A stretch of 64,000 nt of DNA from NCBI GenBank assembly GCA_964413275.1, contig CAYPSO010000002.1, forward strand, positions 25,248 to 89,247, written 5' to 3'. Position numbers and translations under genes: made by a program. Source of the stretch: an uncultured bacterium. Lineage in GTDB: Bacteria > Cyanobacteriota > Cyanobacteriia > Cyanobacteriales > JAABRE01. The notes below the pieces were generated by a model. The model searched no databases, was not told the DNA's origin, and saw only the letters and a list, made by a program, of their open reading frames with translations. Of the stretch, positions 57,136 through 64,000 are shown one piece after another (positions within the stretch are counted from its first letter, which is position 1; each line of letters opens with the position of its first letter).

Positions 57136-57155
57136 CCCCTTATATTAATAAAATT

Positions 57156-58544
57156 ATGAAATCAATTACTGACTATAAAAACTTACTAAGCCAATTAATA
57201 AAACGCTATCAAAATAAAACAGATTATTTAGCAATTCGCCTAGAAATATCCGAAGGAACAAATATTGCTTTACGAGGAGATAAAATAGATACCATTAGTG
57301 AAGGAATATCCCTTGGCGGACAAGTTAGAGCTTGTTATCGTGGGGGTTGGGGTTTTGTCGCATTTAATAACCTATCTAGTTTAGCCGAAAGAGTTGAAGA
57401 TGCCATCGCCTCAGCCCGAATTATTGGCGATGAAGAAACCATTCTCGCTCCCGTAGAGCCAGTAGAAATCATCTGTAAATTACCAATAACGGGCATAGAT
57501 GCCCGTGAAATCCCACTTACAGAAAAAAAACAACTATGCGATCGCTATAACGAAATGTTACGCAGTTATAGTCCTAAAATCGCATCTACTTCAGTGCGTT
57601 ATGGAGATACCACCCAACATATTATCCTCGCCACCTCAGATGGTACTTTAATCGAACAATCATGGAGCGATTTAGAAATACGCTTCTCAGCCACAGCAAG
57701 AAACGGAGAAACTGTACAAACAGGTAGAGAAACCAGTGGCTCTCGTCGTGGTTATCAGGATTTAATTAACTTAGATCAACAAGTAGAAGAAGCAGCCAAA
57801 CGTGCAGTAGAAGCCCTATTTTTGCCCTCTGTGAAAGGTAAAACTTACCCTGTCGTCATCGACCCCATTTTGACTGGTTTGTTTGTTCATGAAGCATTTG
57901 GCCACCTTTCCGAAGCTGATATGGCCTATGAAAATCCCGACATCTTAGAAGTAATGACTATGGGGAAAAAATTTGGCCCTTCTGAATTGCAAATTTTTGA
58001 CGGTGCAGCACCAGAAGGCCATCGAGGCAGTTACTATTATGACGATGAAGGTACACCCGCAACTACCACCCAATTAATTAAAGATGGAGTTTTAGTAGGC
58101 AGATTACACTCTAGGGAAACCGCCGGAAAATTAGGAGAAAAGCCCACAGGTAACGCTCGTTGCTTAAATTATCATTATGCTCCCATTGTTCGTATGACTA
58201 ATACTTGGATAGAAAGAGGCAAAACACCCGTAAAGGATTTATTTAAAGATATTAAAGAAGGGGTTTATGCTTGCAATTGGCTAGGGGGAATGACTAATGG
58301 GGAAATGTTTACTTTTAGTGCAGGAGAAGCGTGGATGATTCGTAACGGGCAACTAGAAGAAAAAGTTAGAGATGTAACCCTTTCAGGAAATGTATTTAAA
58401 ACTTTAGCCAATATTGAAGCAATTGGGGATGATTTTTATTGGGATGAGTCAGGAGGATGCGGTAAAGGTGGACAAAATGGTTTGCCTGTTGGTTGCGGTG
58501 GGCCTAGTTTAAGGATTAAAAATGTGGTAGTTGGAGGAGTGTAG
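57156..58544 (+). CDS. tldD: TldD/PmbA-family metalloprotease
   Basis: HExxxH-type motif FVHEAFGHLSEAD and a Gly-rich C-terminus (GGCGKGGQ..PVG.G.P). 462 aa. Confidence 0.88.
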   Translation: MKSITDYKNLLSQLIKRYQNKTDYLAIRLEISEGTNIALRGDKIDTISEGISLGGQVRACYRGGWGFVAFNNLSSLAERVEDAIASARIIGDEETILAPVEPVEIICKLPITGIDAREIPLTEKKQLCDRYNEMLRSYSPKIASTSVRYGDTTQHIILATSDGTLIEQSWSDLEIRFSATARNGETVQTGRETSGSRRGYQDLINLDQQVEEAAKRAVEALFLPSVKGKTYPVVIDPILTGLFVHEAFGHLSEADMAYENPDILEVMTMGKKFGPSELQIFDGAAPEGHRGSYYYDDEGTPATTTQLIKDGVLVGRLHSRETAGKLGEKPTGNARCLNYHYAPIVRMTNTWIERGKTPVKDLFKDIKEGVYACNWLGGMTNGEMFTFSAGEAWMIRNGQLEEKVRDVTLSGNVFKTLANIEAIGDDFYWDESGGCGKGGQNGLPVGCGGPSLRIKNVVVGGV

Positions 58545-58612
58545 AAATATTTAGGCTAATTCCTTTGCCTTCTGCCTCCTGAATACTTGCAATGCGTGAC
58601 AGCTCAATAAAA

Positions 58613-59830
58613 TTATGCACTTCTTAAGGCAACAATGGGGTCAAGTTTGGCTGCACGTTGGGCAGGAAATACACCAAAAAATAAACCAATTCCACCAGAA
58701 ACACTTACCGCTAAAATAATAGATGAAACCGAAACTGTAGCAGGTAGAGGTGAAACTGCAGCAACTAAAATTATCCCGCCAACACCAATAATTATGCCAA
58801 ATAAACCACCAGTTACAGCCAGAATTACTGCTTCTATTAAGAATTGATTTAAAATATTTTTACCTGTTGCGCCAATTGCTTTTTTTAAGCCTATTTCTTG
58901 GGTTCTTTCTGTCACTGAAACCAGCATTATATTCATTACACCAATGCCACCAACTAAAAGAGAAATTCCTGCGATCGCAGCTAATAATACGGTCAATCCA
59001 TCAGTAATTGTCCCAACTATTTCTAATATATCTTTTTGTGTCTGCACATCAAAATCATTTTCCCTAGTTATTTTGTGACGCAATCTTAATAAGTTTTCAA
59101 TCTGAAATTTAGCTGCACTAATGCTATTTTCATCTTTAGCAGAAATAGAAATAAAAGTTACTTCTAATCCATAGGGGGAAGTATTACCTACTATTTGACT
59201 AGACATAGTTGTTAAAGGAATAAAAACACTTTCATCCTGATTTGTTCCGAGGAACGAACCCTTAGACTCCATCACACCAATAACTTGAAAACTAACATTT
59301 TTGATCCTAATATTTTTACCAACGGGATTTTGACCTGTATATAATTTCTCTGCTATTTCTGAACCGAGAATTGCTACCCGATTATTTCTTTTCAAATCTA
59401 AATCGGTGATAAATCGACCTTGAGCTACATCAAAATTTCTAACTGTTAAAAATTCAGGATTTGTTCCAATTACTAAACTTTCTAAATTTTTATTACGATA
59501 ATTAACTAATACACGGCCATTTAATTGGGGTGCAACTTCATTAATACTAGGTACTTGAGATGCGATCGCTTCTGCATCTGCGAGGACTAAAGTTTTTGGT
59601 AAATCAATAGTTGTTCTTTGGGCTTCCCTCGATCCTGGAACTACAAATAAAACATTAGGGCCAAGGGATTCAAATTGTTCTGCGGCTAATTTTTGCGTGC
59701 CTTGTCCTATGCCTACCATGCCAATAACGGAAGCATTACCAATAATAATACCTAACATTGTTAAACTACTACGCATCTTATTTGCTATCAAGGTTTGAGT
59801 AGCCATTTTAAGAGTTTCAAGAATATTCAT
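58613..59830 (-). CDS. ABC transporter permease, MacB/DevC (FtsX-domain) type
   Basis: N-terminal TM, MacB periplasmic core domain, and a C-terminal FtsX 3-TM block (ERTQEIGLKKAIGAT). No adjacent ATPase or MFP gene. Confidence 0.85.
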   Translation of the reverse strand: MNILETLKMATQTLIANKMRSSLTMLGIIIGNASVIGMVGIGQGTQKLAAEQFESLGPNVLFVVPGSREAQRTTIDLPKTLVLADAEAIASQVPSINEVAPQLNGRVLVNYRNKNLESLVIGTNPEFLTVRNFDVAQGRFITDLDLKRNNRVAILGSEIAEKLYTGQNPVGKNIRIKNVSFQVIGVMESKGSFLGTNQDESVFIPLTTMSSQIVGNTSPYGLEVTFISISAKDENSISAAKFQIENLLRLRHKITRENDFDVQTQKDILEIVGTITDGLTVLLAAIAGISLLVGGIGVMNIMLVSVTERTQEIGLKKAIGATGKNILNQFLIEAVILAVTGGLFGIIIGVGGIILVAAVSPLPATVSVSSIILAVSVSGGIGLFFGVFPAQRAAKLDPIVALRSA

Positions 59831-60302
59831 AATCGGTTTATTTATTAATTTATTGGTGATATTTATAATTATAAATATAATTTGGTTGCTGACAAATTTA
59901 TACTTCTAGCTGATTAATTAAATCATCAGTAACAGAAATTAAGGCATCCCAACGTTGACAATTTTCTTGATTTTTAGTTGCTCTTTGCTGAATCTTATCT
60001 AAATTAGGTAATTTGTAAGTTTTATTCATAATAAATTTCAATCTATTTTTATTTCTTGAATAGTTGCCAAGGAACTATCACTAATAGCTTCTGCTTCATA
60101 TAAAGTTCTTTCTAATAGTTCCATCATAGCAACAGGAGCAAATGGTTGAGCTTCGGCGATTCTTAAGGATAAAGTGTAAAGACGAGAATAATAGTAAAAG
60201 ACAATTAAAATCAAAAGCGATCGCCACTAAACTCTAAACTTTATCTTTAATCTTACAAATTAAATTTCAAAATAAAAACAATAAATCCTGAATACTTCTT
60301 AG

Positions 60303-60458
60303 TTACGTTAAAATATATTAACAACTCTTACAGAGGTTCGGTATGCCGAAAATAGTCTTAATTGCTGGATTTGAATCTTTTAATGCCGATTTGTATCGTA
60401 AAGGAGCAGAATTACCTAAAAATAGGTGTCCAAGATTATAAATTGAGGTATTCAGCGA
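60303..60458 (+). repeat. Decayed duplicate of the leader plus first 32 codons of the downstream ChlH-like gene
   Basis: 156 nt align without gaps to 60590-60745, with about 15 mismatches by manual alignment. Includes ATG 60343 and encodes MPKIVLIAGFESFNADLYRKGAELPKNRCPRL, then a stop. Confidence 0.85.
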
Positions 60459-60629
60459 TTTACTTTCGCAGGAACTATGCGATCGCAACATTAATGCTTC
60501 CTTCCCACAAGTCTAATTTACAAAGTTTGCTAAGTTAAGAAATGAAATAGCAACCAAGTCTAAGCTATTCAATCCCAATCGCTTTTTACTTACGTTAAAA
60601 TATATTAAGAACTGTTACAAAGGTTGGGT

Positions 60630-63600
60630 ATGCCGAAAATAGTCTTAATTGCTGGATTTGAGTCTTTTAACGCTGATTTGTATCGTAAAGGGGCAGAATT
60701 AGCTAAAAGCAGGTGTCCAGAATTAGAAATTGAGGTATTCAGCGACCGCAACATCAGTAGCTCTCCAGAAAAAGTTGAAAATGCCCTCAAGGATGCAGAT
60801 GTATTTTTTGCTAGTTTAGTTTTTGATTACGACCAAGTTTTGTGGTTAAGGGAAAGGGTACAAAATATTCCCATTCGTCTCGTTTTTGAGTCAGCTTTAG
60901 AATTAATGAGTTTGACAAAATTGGGTAAATTTATTATCGGTGATAAACCCAAAGGAATGCCCAAACCGATTAAATTTATTCTCGACAAATTTAGTAATGG
61001 AAAGGAAGAAGATAAACTCGCAGGCTATATTAGTTTTCTCAAAACAGGGCCAAAATTACTTAAATTTATACCTGCTAAAAAAGTCCAAGATTTACGCAAC
61101 TGGTTAATTATTTATGGTTATTGGAATGCAGGAGGAATAGAAAACTTTGCCTCCATGTGTTGGACTATTGCCGAGAAATATTTAGGTTTAACAATTGGGG
61201 AAATTCCAGAGGCAATTCAAACCCCAAATATCGGCTTATTACACCCAGAATATCAAGGTTATTTCACCTCACCCCATGAATATTTAGATTGGTATTATCA
61301 AACTTATCCCGATAAAATTACTCAGCCAGTAATAGGAATCTTATTATATAGAAAGCACGTTATTACAAAACTTACTTATATACCTCAATTAATTAAATAT
61401 TTTGAAGCCGATAATTTAACTCCTTTACCAATATTTATTAATGGTGTAGAAGGTCATGTTGCTGTTAGGGATTTAATGACCACTGACTACGAACAAAAAC
61501 AGCGAGAAAATGGTAATAAACAGATATTATCTCTCTCAAAAGATGCAGTAAAAGTTAATAGTATTGTTTCAACAATTGGCTTTCCTTTAGTTGGCGGGCC
61601 AGCCGGTTCAATGGAAGCAGGAAGACAAGTAGAAGTAGCTAAAAATATTTTAACTGCTAAAAATATTCCTTATATTATTGCAGCACCATTATTAATACAG
61701 GATATTTATTCATGGACAAGGCAAGGAATTGGTGGTTTACAAAGTGTAGTTTTATATGCTTTACCCGAACTTGATGGGGCAATTGATACTATTCCTTTAG
61801 GGGGCTTAGTTGGTGAAGATATTTATTTAGTTCCTGAGAGGGTAAAACGCTTAACCAGTCGAGTTAAAAATTGGGTTAAATTAAAACAAACTCAAAATAA
61901 AGATAAGAAAGTTGCTATTATTTTATATGGATTTCCCCCCGGATACGGTGCAACAGGTACGGCAGCTTTATTAAATGTTCCCCGCAGTTTAGTTAAGCTT
62001 TTAAATATTTTAAAAGAGCAGGGATATAATGTAAGTGATTTGCCTGAAGATGGAGAAACAATTATTACTCAGGTTAAAGAATTTGATGAAATTACAGATG
62101 AACGAAAATTAACAGGAATAAATACTGTTGATGTTAAAAAATTGGATCGATGGTTAGGATATTTGTTGGTTAATAGGATTGAAAAACATTGGAAATCTTT
62201 AACAGATTCTGGCATAAAAACTATTAGCGATAAGTTTACCATTGGTGGAGTTACCTTAGGAAATGTTTGGATTGGAGTGCAGCCACCTTTAGGTATATCA
62301 GGCGATCCCATGCGCTTAATGTTTGAAAAAGACTTGACACCTCACCCTCAATATGCTGCTTATTATAAGTGGTTACAAAATGAGTTTCAAGCTGATGCAA
62401 TTATTCATTTTGGAATGCACGGTACTGTTGAATGGTTGCCCGGTTCTCCCCTTGGTAATACTGGCTATTCTTGGTCGGATATTCTGTTAGGAAATATGCC
62501 GAATATCTATATTTATGCTGCTAATAATCCTTCCGAATCAATGCTGGCTAAACGTCGGGGTTATGGGTTATTAATTTCCCATAATGTACCCCCTTACGGT
62601 AGGGCAGGTTTATATAAAGAATTGGTTACTTTACGGGAATTGATAACAGAATATCGTGAAGATACTGAGAAAAATTTTGCCTTACGAGATGTAATTTGTA
62701 CAAAAATTGTTGATACTGGTTTAGATGCTGATTGTAAGTTTACTGAAGGGGAAAAATTAGGCATTGCTTTTAATTTAGAAAATGCAAAATTGTTTAGTAA
62801 ACGAGTAATTAATGAGTATTTTATTCAAGTTTATGAATATTTACAAATAGTGGAACAAAGATTATTTTCTTCTGGGTTACATACTTTAGGAAATGTGCCT
62901 AATGAAGAAGAATTAAAATCATATTTAGATGCTTATTTTGGTGATTCTAATCCTTCCCTTGATAAGGCAGGAAATGAGGAAGAAGCAGAAAAAATCAAGA
63001 AATTATTAGCCCAAAATAGTGATGAAATAACTAATATTATCAGAGCTTTAAATGGTGAATATATTCCTGCTGCTCCCGGAGGAGATTTGTTAAGAGATGG
63101 AGCAGGAGTTTTGCCCACTGGTAGAAATATTCATGCTTTAGATCCCTATAGAATGCCTTCTCCTGCTGCTTATGAAAGAGGTAGAGCAATTGCTAAGAAA
63201 ATTATCGAACAAAACTTAGCTGAAAATGGTAATTATCCTGAAACTGTGGCGGTTATGTTATGGGGTTTAGATGTTATTAAAACTAAGGGTGAATCTCTAG
63301 GTATTTTATTAGAATTAGTGGGAGCAGAAGCAGTTAAGGAAGGTACAGGGAGAATTGTTCGTTATGAATTAATTCCTTTAGAAAAACTCGACCATCCTCG
63401 CATTGATATTTTGGCTAATTTATCAGGGATTTTTCGAGATAGTTTTGTGAATGTTATTGAGTTATTAGATGATTTATTTTTCCGTGCTGCTACTGTTGAT
63501 GAATCGCCGGAAAAAAATTATATTAGAAAACATTATTTAGAGTTAGAAAAACAGGAAGTTACTAATGCTTCGGCAAGGCTATTTTCTAATCCGTCGGGGG

Positions 63601-64000
63601 ATTTTGGTTCTCTTGTTAATGACCAAATTGTTGATGGAAATTGGGAAAATAGTGAGGAGTTAGCTAATACTTGGAGTAAGCGCAATGCCTTTAGTTATGG
63701 TAGAAAAGATAAGGGGCAAGCTAGACCTGAAATTTTACAACAATTACTCGGAAAATGCGATCGCATTGTGCAAGAAATTGACTCGGTGGAGTATGGTTTA
63801 ACTGATATTCAAGAATATTATGGCAATACAGGGGGACTAAAATTAGCCGCCGAAAAACAAAGCGGTAAAAAAGTTACTGCTAGTTTCGTGGAAAGTTTTT
63901 CTAAGGATACCACCCCCCGTAAATTAGAAGAAGTTTTGCGCTTGGAATATCGCAGTAAATTACTCAATCCTAAATGGGCAGAAAGTATGGCAAATCAAGG
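60630..64000 (+). CDS. Magnesium-chelatase H subunit family protein (ChlH/BchH paralogue type), 3' end beyond the window
   Basis: Open frame from ATG 60630 to the window edge (more than 1100 codons, no stop seen on manual translation). Absent from the track because it runs off the end. ChlH/BchH blocks: GDPMRLMFEKDLTPHPQYAAYYKWL, HFGMHGTVEWLPG, YIYAANNPSES.LAKRRGY, VLPTGRNIHALDPY. Confidence 0.88.
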   Translation, partial: MPKIVLIAGFESFNADLYRKGAELAKSRCPELEIEVFSDRNISSSPEKVENALKDADVFFASLVFDYDQVLWLRERVQNIPIRLVFESALELMSLTKLGKFIIGDKPKGMPKPIKFILDKFSNGKEEDKLAGYISFLKTGPKLLKFIPAKKVQDLRNWLIIYGYWNAGGIENFASMCWTIAEKYLGLTIGEIPEAIQTPNIGLLHPEYQGYFTSPHEYLDWYYQTYPDKITQPVIGILLYRKHVITKLTYIPQLIKYFEADNLTPLPIFINGVEGHVAVRDLMTTDYEQKQRENGNKQILSLSKDAVKVNSIVSTIGFPLVGGPAGSMEAGRQVEVAKNILTAKNIPYIIAAPLLIQDIYSWTRQGIGGLQSVVLYALPELDGAIDTIPLGGLVGEDIYLVPERVKRLTSRVKNWVKLKQTQNKDKKVAIILYGFPPGYGATGTAALLNVPRSLVKLLNILKEQGYNVSDLPEDGETIITQVKEFDEITDERKLTGINTVDVKKLDRWLGYLLVNRIEKHWKSLTDSGIKTISDKFTIGGVTLGNVWIGVQPPLGISGDPMRLMFEKDLTPHPQYAAYYKWLQNEFQADAIIHFGMHGTVEWLPGSPLGNTGYSWSDILLGNMPNIYIYAANNPSESMLAKRRGYGLLISHNVPPYGRAGLYKELVTLRELITEYREDTEKNFALRDVICTKIVDTGLDADCKFTEGEKLGIAFNLENAKLFSKRVINEYFIQVYEYLQIVEQRLFSSGLHTLGNVPNEEELKSYLDAYFGDSNPSLDKAGNEEEAEKIKKLLAQNSDEITNIIRALNGEYIPAAPGGDLLRDGAGVLPTGRNIHALDPYRMPSPAAYERGRAIAKKIIEQNLAENGNYPETVAVMLWGLDVIKTKGESLGILLELVGAEAVKEGTGRIVRYELIPLEKLDHPRIDILANLSGIFRDSFVNVIELLDDLFFRAATVDESPEKNYIRKHYLELEKQEVTNASARLFSNPSGDFGSLVNDQIVDGNWENSEELANTWSKRNAFSYGRKDKGQARPEILQQLLGKCDRIVQEIDSVEYGLTDIQEYYGNTGGLKLAAEKQSGKKVTASFVESFSKDTTPRKLEEVLRLEYRSKLLNPKWAESMANQ

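Noticed and set aside
60605-60790. Minus-strand 61-aa ORF over the ChlH-like start region, and similar antisense ORFs at 62069..62311 and 62933..63118
   Set aside because: They lie antisense to a long, strongly conserved chelatase reading frame and have no independent support.

Overview
64-kb AT-rich segment that I infer to be cyanobacterial chromosome. The grounds are frequent HIP1 octamers (GCGATCGC), a split DnaE intein, nblS/hik33, a ChlH/BchH-family chelatase, a PEP-CTERM sorting signal and STRR-like heptamer tracts. There are about 50 credible protein genes, mostly housekeeping: hisB, glcD, purU, purD, pdhB, secD, menB, pstS, rplS, rsmD, tldD, phoH, sfsA and a fused 5-oxoprolinase. There are also tRNA-Trp(CCA) and tRNA-Pro(CGG). 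I found no rRNA, no CRISPR array and no intact mobile element. Unusual content: (i) a compact three-gene operon (TIGR04255-like gene plus two orphans) between tRNA-Pro and the oxoprolinase gene, the best candidate for an undescribed system; (ii) a tandem pair of mosaic paralogues next to a GT2 plus PEP-CTERM gene pair; (iii) a decayed islet at 25.4-28.1 kb with three pseudogenes, including a TnpB relic; (iv) a decayed duplicate of the promoter-proximal 5' end of the ChlH-like gene; (v) a dispersed family of GGGTGGGCAA...TTGCCCACC hairpin elements and heptanucleotide repeat tracts in intergenic DNA. All functional calls rest on motif recognition by eye, not on database searches.
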